32,000 bases of DNA from Acaryochloris marina MBIC11017 (lineage in GTDB: Bacteria; Cyanobacteriota; Cyanobacteriia; Thermosynechococcales; Thermosynechococcaceae), in contig NC_009925.1 of assembly GCF_000018105.1 (NCBI RefSeq), forward strand, positions 5,910,001 to 5,942,000. The letters are read 5' to 3'. A program made the position numbers and the translations under genes. Below the pieces are notes generated by a model. The model was given only the letters and a program-made list of their open reading frames with translations, made no database searches and was not told the origin of the DNA. Positions 1 through 7,714 of this stretch are shown here, one piece after another (positions within the stretch are counted from its first letter, which is position 1; every line of letters starts with the position of its first letter).

Positions 1-48
1 TTGCTCAGCAGCTCGGCTCCTACTTTGCCACTGGATCGCTCATTGTGA
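1..48 (+). CDS. 3' end of an upstream CDS (partial, product unknown)
   Basis: Frame 1 is open from the window edge to TGA at 46-48. The stop overlaps the GAGGA ribosome-binding site of the next gene, which suggests an operon partner of the ATPase. Confidence 0.3.
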   Translation: MLSSSAPTLPLDRSL

Positions 49-57
49 GGACCATCA

Positions 58-1155
58 ATGTTCGCTCGTGAGAAACCTTTACCCCAAGCTGTACTCAGCC
101 CCAATGCTCCACAGGCTAATGATCTGATCGAGGAAGATGGAATTCGGTTGGGTAGCGCCTATTGGAATCCTGAGATTCTACCCAATGGGCATATTGTGGC
201 GATTGGTGCCAGTGGATCGGGTAAGACGCAGACCCTAAAAGCGATCTCCTTTGCAATGCACCAGACCTATCCTCAAATCCAAGTCATCTTGATCGACTTT
301 CATGGTGATCAAGATATTGCGGGTGAAACCTGCTTCCCCCTTCATATGAATAGTGATTGGGGGATTAATTTGCTGGTGTTGAATTTGGATCCCGAAGGTG
401 GGGGTCCCAACTTACAGTCGATCCAGGTGGTAGCGCTGTTGAAAAAGACCTTGCGGCTGGGTCCTAATCAGGAGGGTCTTGCGTTGGAAGTTTTGGGAGA
501 GTGCTATCACCGTCGAGGCATTCTTCAATCTGATAGTTCGACCTGGACGCGTGAGCCACCCAACTTTACGGATGTGCAAAGAGTAATTGAGGACCGAATT
601 GAGAATGGCTGCAAGGATAGTCAGAAATTACAACTCAAGCTGGCAGCGACCTTTATCTATGGCATTTTCAATCGCGCTCAGCCGGAGTTGAGTGAGAAGC
701 TGATTCGGATTGATTTATCGAAGTTACCGCCTGAGTTAGCGGCAATCGCTGCTGAATCTTTGGCTCGTCAACTGATGAACAATCATAGATTACAGGGAGA
801 GATTGAAGGTAAGCTACCTTACACCTATTTATTCATTGATGAAGCTAAAGAGATGCCCAAGATCGCTGGTTCGGCTTGCGATCGCATTATCGCTGATGGT
901 CGCAAATACGGGTTAGCCCTAGTTCTGGCGTCCCAGTCTGAACGCCATCTCAGCCTAGATGTGATTGGCAACTCTGCGACCAAGATTGTCTTGCCCGTAG
1001 ATCAGACTGAGGCCAAGAAAGTGGCTCGAAAGTTTCGATTTGCAGAACAGAAGGTCGCTCAGTTAAAGCCATTGACAGCATTATGTCGATTTGGGACTCA
1101 AGCTCAACAGGTAGAGATCATCCCTTATTTTCAGAGGATCCAGGAGGAGCGTTGA
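58..1155 (+). CDS. HerA/FtsK-clade (DUF87-type) P-loop NTPase
   Basis: 365-aa ORF. Walker A is GASGSGKT and the Walker B-like motif is YLFIDEAKE. A downstream GRKYGLALVLASQ block is typical of HerA/FtsK-like ATPases. GAGGA at 47-51 lies 6 nt before ATG 58. Confidence 0.75.
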   Translation: MFAREKPLPQAVLSPNAPQANDLIEEDGIRLGSAYWNPEILPNGHIVAIGASGSGKTQTLKAISFAMHQTYPQIQVILIDFHGDQDIAGETCFPLHMNSDWGINLLVLNLDPEGGGPNLQSIQVVALLKKTLRLGPNQEGLALEVLGECYHRRGILQSDSSTWTREPPNFTDVQRVIEDRIENGCKDSQKLQLKLAATFIYGIFNRAQPELSEKLIRIDLSKLPPELAAIAAESLARQLMNNHRLQGEIEGKLPYTYLFIDEAKEMPKIAGSACDRIIADGRKYGLALVLASQSERHLSLDVIGNSATKIVLPVDQTEAKKVARKFRFAEQKVAQLKPLTALCRFGTQAQQVEIIPYFQRIQEER

Positions 1156-1156
1156 T

Positions 1157-1444
1157 TTGATTTCAAGAGTTAGAGCCGTCATCAGAAACAATGTTCCGGC
1201 TTGGCTAAATGTGGAGGTGAACCGATATTTTATTCAGAATTTGCGGGAGGCATTAACGCCGCCTACACCCTCCAAGTCGTTTGGTCCCCATTGGCGACGA
1301 ATTGCTCAGGTCTATAAAGCGTTGGATCAGGCAGAAGCAGGGGCTACATACTCTACGTTGATTCAGCATGTTCGACAGGTGACGGGGACAGGATGTTCAA
1401 GAAAGCTGATTGCCAAATGGAAGCGAGAACGGGGATTACGATAG
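1157..1444 (+). CDS. small hypothetical protein with basic C-terminus (possible HTH)
   Basis: TTG start lies 1 nt after the ATPase stop codon. AGGAGG at 1142-1147 sits 9 nt upstream. The 95-aa product has a C-terminal segment TLIQHVRQVTGTGCSRKLIAKWKRE that looks helix-turn-helix-like. No family recognised. Confidence 0.5.
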   Translation: MISRVRAVIRNNVPAWLNVEVNRYFIQNLREALTPPTPSKSFGPHWRRIAQVYKALDQAEAGATYSTLIQHVRQVTGTGCSRKLIAKWKRERGLR

Positions 1445-2214
1445 CGTTGCTAATGGTGGGGTGCGCTCAGCCCCAGATTTCAAATGAAACTACTGAGACG
1501 ATTGCGGCTGTGTCGCCCACCAGTAAACCTCGACCAGCACCTCCCCAAAAAAATACTCCTCGACGATTAAAGATGCGGTTGACCTTAGATCGGCCAGAAG
1601 ATTTGAAGGTAAAGGTTGGTGATGAAGTTGTAAAGGGGCAACTTCTGAGCGATCGTTCCGTAATCCGAACCAGACTTATGCGGAAGCGAAACATTGTGCG
1701 CCGCAAACTTAAGCAACTTCAAAGGCCAGCCATATCTTCCCTCTCTGCAGTGGAGAAAGCTGAGGTGGAGCAAGCCCGCTTCAATGTGGAACAGGCGAGA
1801 AGTGCAATCTCAGCTTTCCATGCCGATTCTCCCTGGACAGACTATGCCCGCTCCGTGCTGCCAATTTCTGAGAATATTCCATTGAGACAATTGCAGAACC
1901 AGTATCTGCAAGCCAAGGGAGAGCTTGCAATCGCAATTGCCAAGCTACAGGACTCTCAGCAGAGAAATAAAGTTCTACAGCATTCTTCGACTCAAACAGG
2001 TGAGCTTACGGCCCAATTGCAGGAGATTGAGGAGAAGTTAAACACTATGGGTCTGGTACATTCTCCCATCAACGGCTGGATTAAATCAATCAAATGGGTG
2101 GGACAAACCAATCGAGAGTTGCAGATTGAGATGACTGTGACTGTACGGTCTAAGCCTCAGGTCAAAGCCAATCACCCAAAAGCACATCATGGGAATGTCC
2201 ACTTTTTCGAGTAA
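1393..2214 (+). CDS. HlyD-like (periplasmic adaptor / membrane-fusion-like) lipoprotein, short form
   Basis: N-terminus MFKKADCQMEARTGITIALLMVGC resembles a lipoprotein signal ending in a Cys lipobox. The first lipoyl-like half is LKVKVGDEVVKGQLLSDRS. A long heptad-rich coiled-coil stretch follows, then the second half GLVHSPINGWIKSIKW. The start is uncertain; ATG 1417 is an alternative. It overlaps the preceding ORF. Confidence 0.65.
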   Translation: MFKKADCQMEARTGITIALLMVGCAQPQISNETTETIAAVSPTSKPRPAPPQKNTPRRLKMRLTLDRPEDLKVKVGDEVVKGQLLSDRSVIRTRLMRKRNIVRRKLKQLQRPAISSLSAVEKAEVEQARFNVEQARSAISAFHADSPWTDYARSVLPISENIPLRQLQNQYLQAKGELAIAIAKLQDSQQRNKVLQHSSTQTGELTAQLQEIEEKLNTMGLVHSPINGWIKSIKWVGQTNRELQIEMTVTVRSKPQVKANHPKAHHGNVHFFE

Positions 2215-2268
2215 AGGTCATAGCAGCTCTTGTCGTTTTATATACCAGGCAGCTTAGGGCGAATGCCA

Positions 2269-3213
2269 CTAATTTGACTCATCCAGTCCGAAGGCATCAG
2301 TAAAGGGAATGGGATTAAAGTATTCCCGGAAGAGAGTGATTTTGCCGTTCTCGACATGGAACAGCCCTCCATAGGCTTGGTTGTATTCACGACCTGTTGA
2401 GATGATGTCAACCTTACCAATCCATTCGGCAAAGATAATCTTTGGATCTCGCATGGGGTAAAAAACAAGTTGAGAAGTGAAATCGGTCTTACCGCTGATT
2501 TCAGGCCATTGGGCATAATGTTGAATCAGGTTCTGTTTGCCAACCACACGTTTTGGGAAGTTTCCAGGTGCGTAGGGCATTTCTTGAACAGCATCCATTG
2601 ACCACACGCTGGCAAATTTCTCCATGTCTTTCTCCTCAAGCGCTGTGAGGAAATTCAGCACAGTTTGTTTGGTCTCCTGACGCTGTAGATAGAGAATGGG
2701 AGTAGCAGCCGCCCTCTTGGAAGCAGGGCCAAATAGTGTGCGATCACCACTTTCTTGATGAAAGTTAAACCGATGACTGGTAATGCGCCAGATATCCCCC
2801 TCCTTTTGCAGTTCATAGCGGTAATCCCCCTGCACCTGCCAGTGTTGGTTACCCATGTAATGATCCGCAATTACATCAGCAGTAGCAACAGCCTTTTGAC
2901 CATCTACTGTAACCTCAACATTGGAAATATCATGCCGCGTAACGTCAAACCCTGGTAGAACTGATGCCCACTGAGTCATCAAGGCTTGAGGGCTTTTGAG
3001 TTCGACCTCGCCACCCGTAAGGGATGTGTAATCAACTGTGACTTCATCGTCATAGAGGTGTTCCAGGGCAGAGAATTCACCGCGATCTGCTAGGGTAGCA
3101 ACACTTTCGACGATGGTCACAATTTGAGCGTTATCTTGAGGAGTTGCAAACGCATGTGTAGAAGTTGATGCAAGGATAGTCATGGCCAATACTCCTTTCC
3201 AAATTTGCTTCAT
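2269..3213 (-). CDS. secreted protein with two NTF2/SnoaL-like domains
   Basis: Signal peptide MKQIWKGVLAMTILASTSTHAFA. There are two consecutive modules of about 130 aa with SnoaL/NTF2-like patterns (DYTSLTGG...WRITSHRFN and ...GKITLFREYFNP). The start lies 9 bp downstream of the hydrolase stop, on the same strand. Confidence 0.7.
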   Translation of the reverse strand: MKQIWKGVLAMTILASTSTHAFATPQDNAQIVTIVESVATLADRGEFSALEHLYDDEVTVDYTSLTGGEVELKSPQALMTQWASVLPGFDVTRHDISNVEVTVDGQKAVATADVIADHYMGNQHWQVQGDYRYELQKEGDIWRITSHRFNFHQESGDRTLFGPASKRAAATPILYLQRQETKQTVLNFLTALEEKDMEKFASVWSMDAVQEMPYAPGNFPKRVVGKQNLIQHYAQWPEISGKTDFTSQLVFYPMRDPKIIFAEWIGKVDIISTGREYNQAYGGLFHVENGKITLFREYFNPIPFTDAFGLDESN

Positions 3214-3222
3214 CGTGAACTC

Positions 3223-4218
3223 CTACAGCGTTGCTTGGAAGTGACGGTCAACCTCTTTCGTTGCGTGGGCAACATCAGTGGGGTTGTCATAGAAATCAAA
3301 CTGAGTGACATTCTCTAGCCATACTGTGGTGGCCATATCTCCCATCCGTTGAGCAAATTCCTGTGCCCCCTGCGGAATTGCAGCCGATTCGGAATGCACC
3401 AACAATGTGGGTTTCTTAAGTTGTGTCGCCGTTTGTAGGGCATCGTAGGTTAACCACGGCTCCCAAGTTGCTAAGTTGAACTGGTTGTCATATTCAGGAA
3501 TAGAACCCCGCTCTGGATCAGTGTAGTAGGGAGCCTCTTGCATGATGGCGGTTTTATCGGTGTCGCTGGCCGCGGGTACGATAGACATCTCACCCGTTGA
3601 TTGAAACTTCGCTTTAGCTTTGCGACCGGTCTCCAGCAGAGCAGTGACACCATCGGAACCCCCATACACGGTTTTAACAATCTCAGCATTATGGAGCCAG
3701 GGTGCTACTAGAGCCACAGAATGGATCGCATCACTAGTGAGTGCTGCATCGGCAATATAACCAGCGCTGGCACAAATCCCCAGTCCCCCAACTTTATCTG
3801 GATTGACTTCAGGGCGAGTGGTCAGAAACTCGGCTGCAGCAATGATGTCCTCAGTTTTGCGCTTGGGATCTTCGAGGAACTTCACAGTATCCTGGGATTC
3901 CCCCCACCCTCGAAAATCAAAGGCAAGGGATGCATAGCCTCGGTCTGCTAATTCGCTGGCATAGGTACCCGCCATTTGTTCTTTAACGGATGTCCAAGAG
4001 CCAGTGACTACCACACCGGGTAACTGCTGCCCTTCTTGGTAATTATCCGGTAGGTAGAGGTGACCGACCAGGGCTTGGCCTTGGCTATCAAAAGTGACAC
4101 GCTTCACTTGAGCAGCCTCAGCGGATTGGATAGTGCCAAGGGCAAGGACGGTTGCGATCGCTGATTCAAAGATTCGTTTCATGGCAAGGCTCCTGTGTGG
4201 CTTGTGTTGGTCTGACAC
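3223..4218 (-). CDS. secreted alpha/beta-fold hydrolase (dienelactone-hydrolase-like)
   Basis: Nucleophile-elbow-like GLGICASAGY. The N-terminal block is GVVVTGSW...FDFRGWGES. A signal peptide MKRIFESAIATVLALGTIQSAEA is present if the start is the internal ATG near 4182. Confidence 0.8.
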   Translation of the reverse strand: MSDQHKPHRSLAMKRIFESAIATVLALGTIQSAEAAQVKRVTFDSQGQALVGHLYLPDNYQEGQQLPGVVVTGSWTSVKEQMAGTYASELADRGYASLAFDFRGWGESQDTVKFLEDPKRKTEDIIAAAEFLTTRPEVNPDKVGGLGICASAGYIADAALTSDAIHSVALVAPWLHNAEIVKTVYGGSDGVTALLETGRKAKAKFQSTGEMSIVPAASDTDKTAIMQEAPYYTDPERGSIPEYDNQFNLATWEPWLTYDALQTATQLKKPTLLVHSESAAIPQGAQEFAQRMGDMATTVWLENVTQFDFYDNPTDVAHATKEVDRHFQATL

Positions 4219-4286
4219 TTGCCAATGTATAAGCAGCCATCCCTGAAGAGCTTGAAGTATCTTGGGCGATTTTTTGAAGATTCTTG

Positions 4287-5165
4287 CTATTGGGCTTTAC
4301 GCCATGCCTTAGGGGTTTGCCCCTCGAATTTCTTAAAGACCCGCGAGAAGTGGGCTTGGTCAGCAAAGCCACAACGCAAAGCAATGTCAATCATGGAGGT
4401 GGGAGTAGCCAGCATTTTTTTTGCCTGCTCAATCCGGTAAGTCATCACAAACTGATGGGGGCTTTGACCAATGGTCTGCTTAAATAACCGCGAGAAGTGG
4501 TAGGTGCTCAAACTCGCCTGGCCCGCGAGATCTTCCAGCATAATAGTTTGACCGAAATTATCAGCAATATAATCCAGCACTCGTTTATAGTGCTGGGCTG
4601 TGAAGCTTTGGGTGAAGGCATACTCCTCATCCCGTTCCAGCCCATATTTTTGAATCAGCTTGACCAGAAAAACCCGTGCTAGGGACTCGAACATCACTGC
4701 AGAGCCAATCCCTTCTGACTGCAGAGCGTTGAGTAATAGGACCCCGGCCTCAGTCAGGTCTTCGTCAATGAATTGAGGAATGCTACTCAGCTGTGTTGGA
4801 TTTAGGAGGACCCCCAGCTCATTTTGCGCGAACTGCTCCATTTTGTCAGGCTTAAGCGTGATGACAATGACCTTGGATTTCGCATACCAACGCCAGCCAC
4901 TTTCCACCCCTGCAGGTGTCACGACAATTTCATTTTTGCGATAGATGAAATCTCGATGTTGGTCATCTCGCCAATTCTCAACCCGATGGGGTTCATCTTT
5001 AAGGTTGATCAGAATATGATGCTGCTCATAGATCTGGGTCGGCATGGTATCCGGCTCAGCTTCAAAGTATTCGAGGCTTAAAAGTTCAGTGGCTGTAGGT
5101 CTAACGATATCGCCACTTCGTAAAAGTGGTTCGGATGGATAGATACTTTGGTAAGTATCAGCCAT
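4287..5165 (-). CDS. AraC/XylS family transcriptional regulator
   Basis: C-terminal double HTH of AraC type (STYHFSRLFKQTIGQSPHQF ... GFADQAHFSRVFKKFEGQTPKAWR). The N-terminal region looks like a ligand-binding domain. Confidence 0.9.
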   Translation of the reverse strand: MADTYQSIYPSEPLLRSGDIVRPTATELLSLEYFEAEPDTMPTQIYEQHHILINLKDEPHRVENWRDDQHRDFIYRKNEIVVTPAGVESGWRWYAKSKVIVITLKPDKMEQFAQNELGVLLNPTQLSSIPQFIDEDLTEAGVLLLNALQSEGIGSAVMFESLARVFLVKLIQKYGLERDEEYAFTQSFTAQHYKRVLDYIADNFGQTIMLEDLAGQASLSTYHFSRLFKQTIGQSPHQFVMTYRIEQAKKMLATPTSMIDIALRCGFADQAHFSRVFKKFEGQTPKAWRKAQ

Positions 5166-5301
5166 AGCTCAATCCAAGTTTGGGCTGATTTGAAGCTGCA
5201 TTATTTCAACTTGATGTTGTTTTGCAAGATACGCTTACGACTGAATCTTGATAGGCAGGCAGAGTGAGCACTTTATCGCATATCTTCTATTTTTATCAGA
5301 A

Positions 5302-5358
5302 TATGAGTCATGAACTTAACTGAGATAATCTTAGTTATGAGTTTCAAACTACTCATAA
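5302..5358. promoter_or_regulatory. candidate operator repeats upstream of the AraC gene
   Basis: TATGAGT at 5302-5308. An 8-bp inverted repeat TTATGAGT (5335-5342) / ACTCATAA (5351-5358) has an 8-nt spacer. All lie in the AT-rich region upstream of the AraC start. Confidence 0.2.
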
Positions 5359-5389
5359 AAACTGAGCGATTCTCTCATCCTGCCATTTT

Positions 5390-5644
5390 GTGGATACCGA
5401 TGCAGTTGAGACAATACCCCTCTCAACTCAACTGACAGAAGTATCAGCTGCTCCTATACCTGGAGATAGCGATCTCAACTACAAGTGTCAGATTGAAATG
5501 TTTGATGAAGATGGTCAGCCTCTCCTGCAAAAGACTCTTCCTGCAAAAATTGGGATTTTAAACACTTTAATTTCCATACTTCAAAATACCCTAAGGCAAC
5601 TGAATATTCCATCTTTCTCCACTTGGAACCTGTTGATGTCCTAA
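5390..5644 (+). CDS. hypothetical protein (weak)
   Basis: 84-aa ORF with a GTG start and no recognisable motif. Its 3' end overlaps the pentapeptide-repeat fragment on the opposite strand. Confidence 0.3.
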   Translation: MDTDAVETIPLSTQLTEVSAAPIPGDSDLNYKCQIEMFDEDGQPLLQKTLPAKIGILNTLISILQNTLRQLNIPSFSTWNLLMS

Positions 5645-5863
5645 TGCTTCCAACTTTGAAGCATACTCTTCAGGAAAGATTGCGCTACTAATATCAGCAC
5701 CCGTGAAGTTGGCATGGGTGAGATTTGCCTCTCTAAAATCAGCACCACATAGCCTTGCTCCTCTGAGGTTTGCTCCATATAATTCTGTGGCAACATGGCT
5801 TGTTCGACCTTGATCAGCTAGGGCAAGCTTTCGAGTGGCGAATGAGAAAAAGAATTGAATCGG
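5591..5863 (-). pseudogene. pentapeptide-repeat protein, 5'-truncated fragment
   Basis: My minus-strand translation gives ...ELYGANLRGARLCGADFREANLTHANFTGADISSAIF..., which are A(D/N)LxG-type pentapeptide repeats. The frame is open between stops at 5864-5866 and 5591-5593 but has no usable start codon. Confidence 0.55.
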
Positions 5864-5951
5864 CTACCCATACGTGTCCAGTCGGTCAATAACTGGCAAC
5901 ACAATAGAAGGTAATCGTCAGCTTTGTGATTTAATACCGCAGTGAAAAAAA

Positions 5952-5977
5952 GGCTCTCTGGGAATTAGCGTGTAGCA
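5952..5977. repeat. ISL3 left terminal inverted repeat
   Basis: Matches the reverse complement of 7310-7336 with one substitution and one 1-nt indel. Confidence 0.85.
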
Positions 5978-6050
5978 GTCCTACATTTAGTGTGTTTCCT
6001 TTTTCATCCCTATGGAATGATCTGAGGTAGTACTTCAGAGCAATGGCGTA

Positions 6051-7295
6051 ATGGATAACTCAATTCGCATCCCGCTCAACCTTCCTGATATTCGAGTTCT
6101 AGAGCTATCGAAGACTGAGAGAGGGGATTGGCTCATCAAGATTGAGAGTACGCTTCAAGGAACAACCTGTCATCAATGCGGACGTGAGATTACTGACCTC
6201 CATTGTCATGATCAGCCTTTTCGGATTCGTCACCTGCCATTATTTGAAGTCCCCGTTTACTTAGAAATTCGGCCCAAGCGTTATCGATGCAAGTATTGCG
6301 ATGACCATCCCACAACAACTCAACATTTAGAATGGCACGAACCTCGCAGTCCCAATACAAAAGCATATGAGCGTTGGCTTCTGCGAATCTTGATCAATTC
6401 AACGGTCTCAGATGTTGCCAGAAAACTAGGCGTTAGTGAGGATATCGTCAGTGGAATCATTGATCGTTGGATTGCCGCTCAAGTTGACTGGAGCGAATAT
6501 GCAGACCTCAAAGTTATGGGGATGGATGAGATTTCTCTCAAACGAGGCCATCGTGATTTTGTGGTTTTGATCACGATTCCTACGACGGATGGGGTGGATA
6601 TATTGGCAGTTCTAGCCGACCGTAAACAGCAGACAGTGGCAAATTTCCTTCAATCGATTCCCATTGATTTACGCCAAACCATTGAGCGCGTCTGTACGGA
6701 CATGTACCAAGGATTTGTCAGTGCAGTCCGAGAACAATTGCCGCAAGCCAAAATTGTCATTGACCGCTTTCATGTGACCAAAGCCTATCGTAATTGTGCT
6801 GATACGGTTCGTAAACGTGAGGTCAAACGTCTACGACGAGAGCTCTCTAAGCAAGAGTATGACAGCATCAAAGGCGCGATGTGGCCTTTTAGAAAACGAC
6901 CAGAGAATCTGAAAGAGTCAGAGCAACAACTCCTTGAGCGATTGTTTGCTTATTCTCCACAACTGAAACAGGCGTACAACCTCCGAGAGAAACTCACGCA
7001 GATATTTGAGGGCAGGTACACCAAGCACGGAGCTAAATGTGCCATCCGTGCTTGGTGTAAACAAGTACTCAAGAGTGACATCAAGGAATTCGATTGTTTT
7101 CTGACCACTATCAATAATTGGATGGACGAGATGACCAACTATTTCCTGGAGGGGTGGACCAGTGGTTTTGTGGAAGGATTTAATAACCGAGTCAAAGTCT
7201 TAAAAAGACGATGCTACGGTATTTTCGATATTGAAAGACTCTTCCAAAGGATTTCTCTTGACCTCAATGGGTATCAGACATTCGCTGTGACCTAA
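6051..7295 (+). CDS. ISL3 family transposase
   Basis: 414 aa. The N-terminal zinc-finger-like cysteines are CHQCG...CKYC. The central block MGMDEISLKRGHRDFVVLI and the C-terminal block NNWMDEMTNYF...GFVEGFNNRVKVLKRRCYG are typical of IS204/IS1001/IS1096/IS1165-type DDE transposases. Confidence 0.95.
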   Translation: MDNSIRIPLNLPDIRVLELSKTERGDWLIKIESTLQGTTCHQCGREITDLHCHDQPFRIRHLPLFEVPVYLEIRPKRYRCKYCDDHPTTTQHLEWHEPRSPNTKAYERWLLRILINSTVSDVARKLGVSEDIVSGIIDRWIAAQVDWSEYADLKVMGMDEISLKRGHRDFVVLITIPTTDGVDILAVLADRKQQTVANFLQSIPIDLRQTIERVCTDMYQGFVSAVREQLPQAKIVIDRFHVTKAYRNCADTVRKREVKRLRRELSKQEYDSIKGAMWPFRKRPENLKESEQQLLERLFAYSPQLKQAYNLREKLTQIFEGRYTKHGAKCAIRAWCKQVLKSDIKEFDCFLTTINNWMDEMTNYFLEGWTSGFVEGFNNRVKVLKRRCYGIFDIERLFQRISLDLNGYQTFAVT

Positions 7296-7309
7296 ACACT
7301 ATATCTAGC

Positions 7310-7336
7310 GGCTACCACGCTAATTCCCGGAGAGCC
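7310..7336. repeat. ISL3 right terminal inverted repeat
   Basis: Reverse complement GGCTCTCCGGGAATTAGCGTGGTAGCC pairs with 5952-5977. Confidence 0.85.
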
Positions 7337-7714
7337 GAAAAAAAGTAGCGATCCCAAAAGCTCGGTATCCAAAGCAGACTGGATCTTTGAGACGACTTAG
7401 CGCAAAGAAGATGCAAAATCCCAAGCTAAGCAGGACGGAAGCCACGTCCCCTAAAGGTGGGGTATGCATCTGGAACGCTTTTTGGTCTCTGAAACAATGA
7501 CATGGCAAAAATCCGTATTATCCCCGTCGCCACAGTAGGGGAGGGAAAGCCATGATCAAAGCACTGTTGTTCGATAACAGTGTCTTGCCAATTTTCACTA
7601 TTGGCATTGAAGTTCCTCTGATGTGCTCATGTTCCACCGAATCCTTGAATTTTCTGTTAGTCGTTTTAGTTTTGCTGGCATCAACGCTCCTAGTGGCAGC
7701 TTGAAGGGGATACG

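Larger units (their letters stand above)
5952..7336 (+). mobile_element. intact ISL3-family insertion sequence
   Basis: Single transposase ORF. The terminal inverted repeats are GGCTCTCTGGGAATTAGCGTGTAGCA (5952-5977) and the reverse complement of 7310-7336 (GGCTCTCCGGGAATTAGCGTGGTAGCC). A perfect 8-bp direct repeat GAAAAAAA flanks the element at 5944-5951 and 7337-7344. Confidence 0.9.

Noticed and set aside
1467-1885. ORFs 1467-1706(-), 1585-1773(-) and 1694-1885(+) inside the HlyD-like gene. Similar nested ORFs occur at 2238-2516, 2655-2958, 3471-3951, 4166-4682, 4824-5081, 6950-7138, 10621-11466, 12222-12539, 13938-14602, 15524-15829, 16109-16318, 19791-20500, 22360-22689, 22755-23425, 24178-24552, 25277-25939, 26497-27391 and 28027-29174.
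   Set aside because: Each lies wholly within, or antisense to, a longer ORF with clear family motifs. None has a motif of its own, and their compositions look like shadow frames.
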